64,000 nucleotides of DNA from Candidatus Thorarchaeota archaeon (GTDB lineage Archaea; Asgardarchaeota; Thorarchaeia; Thorarchaeales; Thorarchaeaceae), in contig CP070761.1 of the NCBI GenBank assembly GCA_020348985.1, forward strand, positions 2,499,445 through 2,563,444, written 5' to 3'. A program made the position numbers and the translations under genes. Below are positions 1 through 9,648 of this stretch, one piece after another; position 1 is the stretch's first letter, and each line of letters starts with the position of its first letter. The notes beneath the pieces were generated by a model. It was not told the origin of the DNA and searched no databases. It worked only from the letters and a program-made list of their open reading frames with translations.

Positions 1-2
1 AG

Positions 3-329
3 CAACGATTCTATCGGAGCTGGAAATGGCGAGCACAAGCAGAACAAATCAAGAAGAGAGACAATTCTACTTGCCAAGGATGCGGATGGGATGAGAGTGA
101 AGTTGAGCGAATTGGAGTGCATCACGTGAAGCCACTGGAAAACTGGGATGGTGATTGGCACGACTATCCAGACGAGATGTTAGCGACTCTCTGCGAGAAG
201 TGTCACAGCAAAACAGAGTGCCAGGAAAGGGATTTGAAATGGCCTCAAAATGGGAGAGGAGAAGATGCCAGACTAGATCGGCTTCATAATCCCGAAAGTA
301 GGCAGGCTGGTCTAGATGACTTTGGTTGA
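3..329 (+). CDS. HNH endonuclease, 5'-truncated by the window edge, with C-terminal PIP-box-like tail
   Basis: The 117..329 frame is open back to base 3: QRFYRSWKWRAQAEQIKKRDNSTCQGCG...VHHVKP...LATLCEKCH. This is the RD-x3-CxxCG / HH-x-P / LCxxCH HNH pattern. It ends RQAGLDDFG*. Confidence 0.75.
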   Translation, partial: QRFYRSWKWRAQAEQIKKRDNSTCQGCGWDESEVERIGVHHVKPLENWDGDWHDYPDEMLATLCEKCHSKTECQERDLKWPQNGRGEDARLDRLHNPESRQAGLDDFG

Positions 330-347
330 GTAGCCCTCTAGGAGATA

Positions 348-2492
348 TCAAACACCGTAGCGGTGTCTATCGAGAAATTCCTGTCGCTTGGCATCATTCC
401 AAACTGAAAGCGACTGAAGATATCCTGTGATTCTTGAGTATACTTCGACACCAAATGCCCCACACCTTGGACACTGTATCTTCTTCAAGTCTTCAATTGT
501 CTTGAACTTGGTTCGACTCCAATCGATCCCAGTCTGATAGAAACAATGATCGCACCACAAGACGTCCTTCGTGAAGCTGAAGTAAGATACCAAGGTCTCC
601 CTCGAAATCTTCTTGGTTAGTTCCCATAAAGCGTCAGGGTCGGGATTAGCTTCACCCAAGTAGATGTGAGTCAGAGCGCCACCGTCCATATACGGATGGA
701 ACATCGCTTCCTTGCGAATCCTGTCGCTGAGCGGTAGTGGGGCAGCCACGTCCAACGTTGTGCTATTAGTGTAGTAGACATTGGGCGCCGAGCCTTTCAG
801 ATATTTCCGAATACCAGGGTACTTCTTGTAGTCCTTCAACGCCAATCGACCGGCTGCACTTTCAGCTGGAGTCCGGGTCACACCGAAGTGAAGACCAGTC
901 TCCTCCTGAAACTCCGCGGCACGCTGCTTGAGATGCTTCAGTACCTTGATTCCGAATCGGATACCCTCACGATCATGGAGTGCATGTCCAGTGATAATCT
1001 CACTCATTTCTGAGAATCCCACAGTCCCAAGCAAGAACTCCCGCTTTTCCATGTCGATGAGTGGTTCGCCGTTGGGCTTCGGCTGAGTGTAGAAGGGAAC
1101 GCTGCCGCTTCCGATTAGCCGATCCATCAGAGCCTTCTTCTCAAGAATGACCTCCTTTGACAGTTCCACCTGCTCGTCGAGTTTGGTGAAGAACTGGTCT
1201 TCATCACTTCGACCAATCCATGCTGCGCGGCCGAAGTTCGGTGTCACCATCTGAGATGCTCCAAAGACCATGTTGCCAGTCAAGAACTCCTCAAGCTCTT
1301 CATCGGTGCTTGCTGTCCAGAGGTGTGAACAGCAACTACTACAACCGGCCTCAATCTTTGAACGCCAGTTCAGGTAGTTCTCGAAATAGGGAGATCCGAA
1401 CTTGGCCGTAAGTTCAGCGACAAGCCGCCAAGCTTCATCGTACTCAGACTTCATGAATTCTTTCCGAAGCACGATGTTTGGCTTGGGAAAGTTGAATCCT
1501 TTGCCCTTGGCATCACCTTCGAGCATGACTTCCATGAACGCTGTGAAGAACTGACGAGCCTCGACCTCATAGTCGCCATACGTGTCTCCATTCTTCTTTC
1601 CGCCGGGAAGAATTGCCGGGACATCCTTCATGATCCGAGGAATCCCAGGAGTGAGATCGACACTAGAGAAGATGACTTGACCTCCACGGGCCACGTATTG
1701 CTGAGTAAGAGTAAAGATGAGTTGTTGAGCAGCCTGCTTGATTTCTCTGTAGCTCTTGCCCCTCATGTAGGGAGCTAGGAAAGTATTGTAGAAGAAATAG
1801 CCCTGACCGCCGGCGAAGGAGCTTTGTGCTGCTGCCAACCATATTGCCGAATGGTTGACTGCTACGTGAAGATGCTCCGCGGGTCCTGCGGCTGATGAGT
1901 GCATACCGCCGAGACCGTCAGGAGCAATCCCAAGAGCGAGCACTTGACGTAGGTCCCACGTCGCACAATAGTCTCGAGTGCTGAAGTACTCTCTGTCCTT
2001 GATGTAGATGTCACCACGAAGATGTGCGTCAGCCAAGTGTGAAGGGATTGTCAGGTAGGTGTGCTGTTCCATTACTTGATCGTGAACGAGTTTGGCTATA
2101 GTCTCAGGATTTCTCATTAGGTTGGCATTGTAAGTGTGAGTGCCTGGGTCGTGAATAAGCTGGGTGAGGTCGTACATCGGAACACCGACACGAGTGTAGA
2201 GTATTCGGGCCTGCTCGAATCCGAGTTCTGCCAGAACGCTGTTGCACATCTCACGGATAAGCGGACCTGACAGAAACTGAATTCCTGAGGCAACAATTCG
2301 GTCCATCACTCTGATCGCAACAAGCTGAGCATCTGCTCTTGACAGCCTGGCTTCAAGAACAAGGCTTTCGATTATCCTCTCAGCCTTGAATGACTCGATT
2401 GTGCTGTCTGTCGACCTGACCTTTGGCATCCGCTTCTCTCGAGCTTCGATGGCTTCGATGTCATCAGCTAGCGAACGAGTTATGTCAGTCAC
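348..2492 (-). CDS. nrdD: Anaerobic (class III) ribonucleoside-triphosphate reductase with N-terminal ATP-cone
   Basis: ATP-cone (KVRSTDSTIESFKAERI), AHLRGDIYIKD, TPAES, YYTNS, C-terminal CxxC...CxxC Zn site and the glycyl-radical motif SRITGYL. Confidence 0.95.
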   Translation of the reverse strand: MTDITRSLADDIEAIEAREKRMPKVRSTDSTIESFKAERIIESLVLEARLSRADAQLVAIRVMDRIVASGIQFLSGPLIREMCNSVLAELGFEQARILYTRVGVPMYDLTQLIHDPGTHTYNANLMRNPETIAKLVHDQVMEQHTYLTIPSHLADAHLRGDIYIKDREYFSTRDYCATWDLRQVLALGIAPDGLGGMHSSAAGPAEHLHVAVNHSAIWLAAAQSSFAGGQGYFFYNTFLAPYMRGKSYREIKQAAQQLIFTLTQQYVARGGQVIFSSVDLTPGIPRIMKDVPAILPGGKKNGDTYGDYEVEARQFFTAFMEVMLEGDAKGKGFNFPKPNIVLRKEFMKSEYDEAWRLVAELTAKFGSPYFENYLNWRSKIEAGCSSCCSHLWTASTDEELEEFLTGNMVFGASQMVTPNFGRAAWIGRSDEDQFFTKLDEQVELSKEVILEKKALMDRLIGSGSVPFYTQPKPNGEPLIDMEKREFLLGTVGFSEMSEIITGHALHDREGIRFGIKVLKHLKQRAAEFQEETGLHFGVTRTPAESAAGRLALKDYKKYPGIRKYLKGSAPNVYYTNSTTLDVAAPLPLSDRIRKEAMFHPYMDGGALTHIYLGEANPDPDALWELTKKISRETLVSYFSFTKDVLWCDHCFYQTGIDWSRTKFKTIEDLKKIQCPRCGAFGVEVYSRITGYLQSLSVWNDAKRQEFLDRHRYGV

Positions 2493-2495
2493 GAT

Positions 2496-2762
2496 TCAGT
2501 TCACCTCAACCGCAGACCTAACGCCCTCGATCGTCGGCACCTCTCCGCTGCTCAACATACGGAGTTTGCCATTGTTCTCAATGATAATGCTCGGAGTAGA
2601 AGCAATGAACACTTGGTTCTCGAGCAGTAGGAATTCGAAGTCAGGATCCATCCTGTTGAGGTCGACTGTGTGAAAAGAGACTTCAGAGCCTGCAACCGCT
2701 TCTTCAACGACAGCCTTTGCTGCCGGACAGTTGATGCAATTCTCCTGAGTTATCAGGTACAA
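2496..2762 (-). CDS. Glutaredoxin/NrdH-like redoxin
   Basis: CINC (CxxC) and the cis-Pro STP motif. Stop is 3 nt upstream of the nrdD start on the same strand. Exact start is uncertain. Confidence 0.75.
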   Translation of the reverse strand: MYLITQENCINCPAAKAVVEEAVAGSEVSFHTVDLNRMDPDFEFLLLENQVFIASTPSIIIENNGKLRMLSSGEVPTIEGVRSAVEVN

Positions 2763-3198
2763 TGTAGGCGGTATAGTCTCTAGTCCTCCCGGCGGTTTCT
2801 CGTGTCTCCCCCACTTGTGGGGCCAGAGAAGAATCTACTTTGGGTAATAAAAGAGTTGTCGCTCCTCGACACGGCTTGTAGAGGCATTCTGATGAAGCTA
2901 GAGCGAAGCGAGTCTGTAACCATGGTGCTCTTATTGAAGTACTGTGAATATGCTAATAATCTCCTACAATAATTGAAGGCAGGGTGACACTCGAAGTAAG
3001 GAATTTGCAGTTTTCGGCATGGAGACTAGACCAAACTTCTAGTGAAACGCACCAAGATGTTGAACACGTGTTGGTATGAAGCTTTGGCGCGGTTCATTTT
3101 CGAAAAACAATGAGCCTTGTCGATTTGAAGTACATCCCACAGACGAGGAGAAAAGCTAGAATAGAGGAGTAGACGTTCCACCTAATCAAGACGGATGG

Positions 3199-3828
3199 AT
3201 GTCGATGCCAACGTATGTACGAGCAAGGACACCGGTTGAGGCATGGAGACGTGTTATCAAGAAGATCATGGAGAGCGGCATGCTGCGTGTCGATGAGAGG
3301 GGAATCAAGACACGTTGGCTTGACAACGTTATGGTTCACATAGCAAGCCCATACGAGGACAGGGTCAGCAAGCACTACCCGTTCAGTGAAACTGTGTTGA
3401 GGGAGAGATATGCCACTCAACTTCTCAATCCGGACAGAATGGATTTCGAATATACATATGGAGAGCGGCTCAGAGCGTATGGGGCTGAGACCATCGACCA
3501 GATTGAGTATGTCATCAAGAAGCTCAATGACAGTCGCCATTCACGACGAGCGGTCGCGACTACTTGGGACCCGAGCAAGGATACGGACGCCGATGAGGTT
3601 CCGTGTCTGAATCACTTCGTATTCATGGAGCGAGAAGGACTCCTGGATGTCTCTGTCATGGTGCGGTCGAATGACATGTATGGTGCTTGGCCTGCCAATG
3701 TCTATGCCCTATCTGAATTGCTGACATACGTTTCTGACAAGACTGATCTTGGGAGTGGGACAGTGACCACAGTCTCCATTAATGCCCATATTTACAGTCA
3801 TGATTGGGATAATGCAGAGAAGCTTTAG
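3199..3828 (+). CDS. thyA: Thymidylate synthase (archaeal ThyA type)
   Basis: YTYGERL, SRRAVA, catalytic PCL, RSNDMYGAWPAN, NAHIY. Confidence 0.92.
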   Translation: MSMPTYVRARTPVEAWRRVIKKIMESGMLRVDERGIKTRWLDNVMVHIASPYEDRVSKHYPFSETVLRERYATQLLNPDRMDFEYTYGERLRAYGAETIDQIEYVIKKLNDSRHSRRAVATTWDPSKDTDADEVPCLNHFVFMEREGLLDVSVMVRSNDMYGAWPANVYALSELLTYVSDKTDLGSGTVTTVSINAHIYSHDWDNAEKL

Positions 3829-3933
3829 AACGTAAGCGCTGGGCGACTGAAATATATAGGCCTTTAACCGACAAACGCGCGTAGGTTTCCCAGTGTAACT
3901 CATCTGACAATATGCATTGAGGAGTAGATTGCA

Positions 3934-4548
3934 ATGGACAATGTCGACAAACAGCTGATCTCGATGCTCCATGACAATGGCAGAGCGAGTCTGTCAGAGA
4001 TTGGCAAGAAACTGAGGATGTCTCATGTGGCGGTGAGCAAGAGACTTGACAAACTCATTCAGCAGGGCCTTGCCAAGGTGACAGTTGGTGTCAATGCTGA
4101 AGCGTTGGACATGAAACTCTTGTTCATGGCTATTGAAACGGACAATCTGGATATTGCTGAGCATATCATAAACAAGTACCAGAATTGTCCACGTGTGTTG
4201 ATGATAGCTCCAGTGACGGGTAGATACAATCTCTTTGCCGTGATGGTTGCTGAGGACTCTTGGACACTTGAGTCAATAATAGGCACCTGCAGCCTCAGAA
4301 CTGAGAAGGGAGTGCGTCGGTCAGAGACCTGGTTTGGTAACGCACCGAAGGTTCCAGAGTACGTGATGGTGGATCTTGCCCCCTTAGACGACGGAAAGGT
4401 CAAGGCTCCTTGTGGAATAACATGTGAGTCGTGCAAGAGATATGGCGTGGACAAGTGTGTGGGATGTCCGGCCACTTCTAGCTATCGAGGTCTCCTTTGG
4501 TCCTCTGAGCTCACCGAGCGAAAGAGAGGAAGGAAGAGCAAGAGTTAA
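3934..4548 (+). CDS. Lrp/AsnC family regulator with extra C-terminal Cys-rich domain
   Basis: HTH (MDNVDKQLISMLHDNGRASLSEIGKKL), RAM-domain VTGRYNL and a tail APCGITCESCKRYGVDKCVGCP. Confidence 0.85.
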   Translation: MDNVDKQLISMLHDNGRASLSEIGKKLRMSHVAVSKRLDKLIQQGLAKVTVGVNAEALDMKLLFMAIETDNLDIAEHIINKYQNCPRVLMIAPVTGRYNLFAVMVAEDSWTLESIIGTCSLRTEKGVRRSETWFGNAPKVPEYVMVDLAPLDDGKVKAPCGITCESCKRYGVDKCVGCPATSSYRGLLWSSELTERKRGRKSKS

Positions 4549-4572
4549 CTCGCATTATGCTGAGCGTGTCTT

Positions 4573-5172
4573 GTGACTCAGATGGGAGACGTGTTTATTC
4601 ACGAGCTTGCCGTAGTTGATGAAGGAGCAGAGATAGGCGAGGGTTCTCGAATCTGGCATTTTGCTCACATCAGGGGAACGGCGAAGATCGGCAAGAACTG
4701 TATAATGGGAAAGGGTGTCTATGTTGACACAGATGTCACTGTAGGTGACAATGTCAAGATACAGAATGGAGTATCTGTCTACCAGGGCGTCACTATAGAA
4801 GACGACGTCTTTCTAGGTCCTCACATGGTCTTCACAAATGACCTCTACCCACGTGCTGTGACAGACACCTGGGAAGTCTCAAACACTCTAGTCAAGCGAG
4901 GTGCATCAATTGGTGCAAATGCAGTCATAGTCTGCAACACAGTATTGGGTGAGTACTGCATGGTCGGGAGTGGATCAGTGGTCACAAAGGATGTGCCGGA
5001 CTACGGATTGGTCGTCGGCAACCCAGCTAGACTTCTAGGCTTCGTCTGCAAATGTGGCAGGCCTGCACAGAAGGAGATCGGCAGGACTGATGAGTTTGTG
5101 ACACTATGGTGTGACCAGTGTGAATCTGATGTCATGATTCCTCTCGAGGATTACAAGAAGATAGTCAGGTAG
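4573..5172 (+). CDS. Hexapeptide-repeat N-acetyltransferase (WbpD/WlbB-like) with C-terminal Zn ribbon
   Basis: Left-handed beta-helix repeats, IWHFAH, KIQNGVSVY, FTNDLYPR, VGNPAR and CKCG...CDQC. Confidence 0.88.
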   Translation: MTQMGDVFIHELAVVDEGAEIGEGSRIWHFAHIRGTAKIGKNCIMGKGVYVDTDVTVGDNVKIQNGVSVYQGVTIEDDVFLGPHMVFTNDLYPRAVTDTWEVSNTLVKRGASIGANAVIVCNTVLGEYCMVGSGSVVTKDVPDYGLVVGNPARLLGFVCKCGRPAQKEIGRTDEFVTLWCDQCESDVMIPLEDYKKIVR

Positions 5173-5179
5173 ACCTGTC

Positions 5180-7258
5180 GTGTCGCATCTGTACAAGAAA
5201 TTCGTAAACGAACGGATATCACACCTGATAGACAACACAGACAGGATCAGGAACTGTACAGTCATTGCGCACATAGACCATGGAAAGACTACATTGACAG
5301 ATTCGCTGATTGCTGCGTCTGGCCTCCTCTCAAAGGATGTAGCGGCCACTGCGAGGCTTCTCGACTATGACATAATTGAACAAGAGAGAGGGATTACGAT
5401 AAAGGCCTCGAGCATCTCACTTGTTCATAGCCTTGGCGAGTATGAATACCTTGTAAATCTCATAGACACACCCGGGCACATCGATTTCTCAAGTCATGTG
5501 ACAAGAGGCCTCCGTCTTACTGATGGTGCAATCATCGTAGTAGACGCAATAGAGGGTGTCATGGTTCAAACAGAGACCGTGACGAGGCAAGCAATGCGTG
5601 AACTTGTCAAGCCAGTTCTCTTTGTCAACAAGATTGACCGACTGATTACCGAAAGAAGGTTGAACTCAAGGAAGGTCGCAAAAGAGGTCAATCGTGTCGT
5701 TCGTGAGTTCAATGCCATGCTTGGCAAGTACCTTGACGACGATCGCTTAGTAGAATGGGAAGTCTCTTTCAGTCGAGGGTCTCTATGTGTTGGTTCAGCT
5801 CTTGACAAATGGGGAATAGGGTTTGAGGACCTACTTCGAGAAAGTGGAGGGAAGGATGACCCTTCAAGTCTTGAGTTCGCATTCCTATCTATGCTAGAAG
5901 GAATTGCAGAAGTATACTCCAAGGAAGAAGAGAAACAGCTTCCAGAAAGCTATCCTGTTGCGAAAGCCATCCTGGATGCGGTCGTCAAAATCGTGCCTAA
6001 CCCAATCCAAGCCCAGCAAGAACGGATACCCACATTCTGGAGCGCACCAGGGGAAGAACAGATTCGCGAGGCTCTTCTTCATTGTAAACCAGATGGCCCC
6101 TGCGTGGCAACGGTTGGTGACGTACAGCCAGATCGCCACGCCGGAACAGTTGCTGCCGTGAGAGTCTTTGCTGGAACCCTGCGAAGAGCTAAGCCATTGA
6201 GAAATACCAGGACTGGAAAGTCTGACAAATCACTACAGGTCGGACTCAATATGTCAAAGTCCAGAGTGGCTTTGCCAGAAGTCCCGGCTGGTAATCTCGC
6301 ATTCATAACTGGCCTTCGCGGTATTGCTGTTGGAGACACTCTCGTGGATGACGATTCAAAGGATATGGGGTTCATGAAAGGACTTGTGTATCCTACCGAG
6401 CCCGTCGTGACATTCACTCTAAGCCCAAAGAAGCTGTCGGAGCTCGGCAACATAGAGACCCCAATCAGGGAGTTTGTTGAAACAGATCCAGGACTTGAGT
6501 TTGAAATCAATGAAGAGACTGGAGAGTATCTGCTGTCTGGTGCAGGTGAGCTTCACATTGAGGTGAGCGTTCAGAAGCTGAATAGGATTGGCATCGACCT
6601 AATCCTTGGAGAACCAATAGTCGTCCTGAAGGAACAGATGACAAAGGACGGAGAGGTGGCAAAAGGAGGGGAACGTCCCTCGAGCACATTTTCAGTTCAA
6701 GCAGTTGTGACACAGCAGGAGCCGGACGCCTCCAAAGGAAGAGTCTTGGACTCGGTTCCACATTCTGATTGCTACCTCGTTGATACATCTGGGACCATTC
6801 CCCCATTCTCAGGAATTGAGGAATGGGTCGTAGAGGGATTTCGATCTGTGGTTAGAAATGGTCCGCTGCGAGGGGAACGAATGAGGAAGCTAACAGGAGT
6901 CATTCGTCAAGCAGAGATAAGCTTGGAGTCTCGAGAGACGTCATGGCGGGATGTGACTCAACCGTTTGTCAATGCGTTGAGATCTAGCATAGAGACCGGT
7001 ACTCCCAGAGTTCTGGAGCCGTGGGTTCATTTGGAGATTAGTGCGCCAGGGGAGCACGTAGGGAGACTAACTGCAATACTTGCCAGAAGAAAGGGTGATG
7101 TGCTCGAAATCGGATCTGAGAGAACACTGTATCTCATAGTCGCTGAGATACCTGTCAGGAAATCATTTGGTCTTGCCACTGAGATTAGAACGGCAACCTC
7201 GGGCTGGGCAACCTGGGGAGCAGAGAGCGGTGGATTCCGGGAAGCACATCTCGACTAG
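5180..7258 (+). CDS. Divergent elongation factor 2 paralog
   Basis: AHIDHGKTT, EQERGITI, DTPGHIDF, NKIDR and GAGELHIE are present. Domain IV lacks the HRG diphthamide loop and the protein ends early. Confidence 0.88.
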   Translation: MSHLYKKFVNERISHLIDNTDRIRNCTVIAHIDHGKTTLTDSLIAASGLLSKDVAATARLLDYDIIEQERGITIKASSISLVHSLGEYEYLVNLIDTPGHIDFSSHVTRGLRLTDGAIIVVDAIEGVMVQTETVTRQAMRELVKPVLFVNKIDRLITERRLNSRKVAKEVNRVVREFNAMLGKYLDDDRLVEWEVSFSRGSLCVGSALDKWGIGFEDLLRESGGKDDPSSLEFAFLSMLEGIAEVYSKEEEKQLPESYPVAKAILDAVVKIVPNPIQAQQERIPTFWSAPGEEQIREALLHCKPDGPCVATVGDVQPDRHAGTVAAVRVFAGTLRRAKPLRNTRTGKSDKSLQVGLNMSKSRVALPEVPAGNLAFITGLRGIAVGDTLVDDDSKDMGFMKGLVYPTEPVVTFTLSPKKLSELGNIETPIREFVETDPGLEFEINEETGEYLLSGAGELHIEVSVQKLNRIGIDLILGEPIVVLKEQMTKDGEVAKGGERPSSTFSVQAVVTQQEPDASKGRVLDSVPHSDCYLVDTSGTIPPFSGIEEWVVEGFRSVVRNGPLRGERMRKLTGVIRQAEISLESRETSWRDVTQPFVNALRSSIETGTPRVLEPWVHLEISAPGEHVGRLTAILARRKGDVLEIGSERTLYLIVAEIPVRKSFGLATEIRTATSGWATWGAESGGFREAHLD

Positions 7259-7266
7259 AAGCAGAG

Positions 7267-9573
7267 TTAGACTCTGAGGTAGTACTTCCGATTCATAATG
7301 TCTCCGAGGAATGAAAGGACTCTTCTGTCCACGAGAGAGACTGAGTCCATCATTCGAAGGGCACGCGTAATATTCGAGAAGACAGCATTGAGGTAGGGTT
7401 GAGCCTGGGCAAGTTCAGCCTCTTCCACCATTTCTAGGTAGTTGTCCGTGATCTTCATCAAACCCAGCCAATCTTCTGTGAGGATTAGATTGATCTCTTC
7501 GTCCCCAAGACTAGAAACTGCCTTCTCACTATCAATCCGGTCGATTTGTGCTCCGAATTGGCCTTCTAGAGCGAGCGCAAATCGCATCAGTGTTTCAGAG
7601 AACGATATGGCGGTGGCACGAATAAACTCTGATGATTCAACGTATTCGGTCTCTACAGCCCCTACCTCAATTAGAATGTTGGCTGCTTGATAAAGTCCGG
7701 TGGCTACTTCAGAATAGTCCCTGTTGTCGTAGTATGCCTTCAGAGTCTTGGCAATAGCGTTCTGTCCGTGCCAATACTGAGCAAGTAGATTGTCAGTCAG
7801 TTCTACTAGTTCTTCTACGGGAGAGAGTGAACGAACTCTGGCCTCCAGACTGATTGCCTGAAGATTCATCTTTCCTGAAGCGAGCGCGATCATGAGCCGT
7901 GCGGCGTCTGCCAGCACTGAATCCTCAGACACCACTTTGGCCGCACGGTCACGCAGAGTAGGCCACTGCTTATTGAGATATGGAACCACAAGTGACACGC
8001 CCTGAATGAAAATCGATTCTTCGTGATCTCGCGCGTCACTAAGCATTCTATCCATGTCTTCGAGAAGCCGCAGAATCTTCTCCGGCAGGGTCTTTCCGTG
8101 GCGAATCGTTAGCCACACTACATTGTACATTGAGATTGCGGCCTCTACAAAAGCACGGGGATCGGATGGAAACAGAGGGAAGTAGCTAACAAGGACCTCC
8201 CTAAGTGTTTCATACATCTCATCGTCAGTGCTCTCAAATGATCTCATCATTGAGAGAACTAGACCAATATGGCTTCCAAGTGCCTCCAGCTCTGAGATGT
8301 GTCCAGTCTGGAGGAGATCCTCTCTGATTCTGATTGCGTTTTGAAATGCCTCAATACCAATAGACCAGAACTCTGTCGAGTCATTAGAGAGACACACCCA
8401 GCCGATTGCATTCTCAACTCGTGCCATTTGGCAACGGATATCAAATCCAGACTGCTCAATTCTCTCCAGTGCCGACTTCGCTCTTGTCATGTACTCAATA
8501 CTGCGGGTAATGCTTCTATCGTCATCTAGCAATCCATGTGCAAAGCCAATTCCAGAGAGAGTCCGAAAAAGAAGGAGCGATTGGGAGACATCTAAATCCG
8601 TTTTGCTTTCGAAGACCTCCAGAGCGGCATTCAGTCGCGTAATCGCTTCGGGAACTGATTCCCTCCACCCATTTGCAAGAATGCTGGAGCCAATGACCAG
8701 ATGGGCCAACCCCAATCCATCCTTTGAAGACTCGCCTTCATCTAATACTTGCCTGAACATCTCCGCAGCATAATCGCCAAGAGTGCGTGCCCTCACATGA
8801 TCAACCGAATCGTCGCGGGTTTCATTGATGCTTAGAGCGAGAGTGATTGCCGCAAGATCGACCGAGCTATTGCGCTGTGTGGCCTCGGTTTCCAATCTCT
8901 TGAGAATAACACGAGCTTGGTCGTATATGCCCAACTCAGTAAGGACAGAAGACTCATCCAGAGAAACGTCGAAGTGTAAGTCATCGATGGACAGGTCCTT
9001 TGTTATCACCATCATTCGGTTCAGCAGTAGCTCTGCACCTTCGAAAAAGCTCGCTTCCGTCAATCTCGCTGTCAGATGGTGGACTTCCCTCAACGCCAAC
9101 CTAGTTGCTGCTTCGTGTCTCTTGTCAACGATGGCGTTGAGGGTCATCAGCACTTCATCTGCAAAGAATGGGAGAACCGGACGGAGGTTAAGCTCAAGGG
9201 CCATGTCAACTGATAGTGAGAGCTCGCCAAGGATGTCGAGAAGGACTTGTACTGCGGCCAGGTCGGGGAGAAGTTCGCTTTCTATCCGTCGGTAATCACT
9301 CGTGTATCTAGTATCTAGTAGCGCAAGCATCTCAGGCAGAACACGGTTCTCTTCAAAAGAAAGTCGGACTACTAGTTCTGTTAGCTTAGCACTTGCGATG
9401 CTTGGCCTCCTGAGTATGATCTCCTCGATAGCTCGAGCGCATTCAAACACAATGTCCGATTCGTCTGACCGTTTTATAGACATCCTTTGGATTGTTGAGA
9501 GTCCGTCGTCAAGGGAGAGAGTGCCACAGAGAATATCCCTCAATGTGACAATCAATACGGACTCCACTTTCAA
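7267..9573 (-). CDS. Large alpha-helical, TPR/alpha-solenoid-like protein
   Basis: 768-aa ORF with repeated helical units such as LGLAHLVIG, IGFAHGLL and ARVENAIGWVC. No catalytic motif recognised. Confidence 0.65.
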   Translation of the reverse strand: MKVESVLIVTLRDILCGTLSLDDGLSTIQRMSIKRSDESDIVFECARAIEEIILRRPSIASAKLTELVVRLSFEENRVLPEMLALLDTRYTSDYRRIESELLPDLAAVQVLLDILGELSLSVDMALELNLRPVLPFFADEVLMTLNAIVDKRHEAATRLALREVHHLTARLTEASFFEGAELLLNRMMVITKDLSIDDLHFDVSLDESSVLTELGIYDQARVILKRLETEATQRNSSVDLAAITLALSINETRDDSVDHVRARTLGDYAAEMFRQVLDEGESSKDGLGLAHLVIGSSILANGWRESVPEAITRLNAALEVFESKTDLDVSQSLLLFRTLSGIGFAHGLLDDDRSITRSIEYMTRAKSALERIEQSGFDIRCQMARVENAIGWVCLSNDSTEFWSIGIEAFQNAIRIREDLLQTGHISELEALGSHIGLVLSMMRSFESTDDEMYETLREVLVSYFPLFPSDPRAFVEAAISMYNVVWLTIRHGKTLPEKILRLLEDMDRMLSDARDHEESIFIQGVSLVVPYLNKQWPTLRDRAAKVVSEDSVLADAARLMIALASGKMNLQAISLEARVRSLSPVEELVELTDNLLAQYWHGQNAIAKTLKAYYDNRDYSEVATGLYQAANILIEVGAVETEYVESSEFIRATAISFSETLMRFALALEGQFGAQIDRIDSEKAVSSLGDEEINLILTEDWLGLMKITDNYLEMVEEAELAQAQPYLNAVFSNITRALRMMDSVSLVDRRVLSFLGDIMNRKYYLRV

Positions 9574-9648
9574 TACGCCCCTCTGATTTTACACGTCGCG
9601 GGCGGCCCTCGATTAAAAGTCTTCAGTAGGCATCCAGAGACTCTAGTT

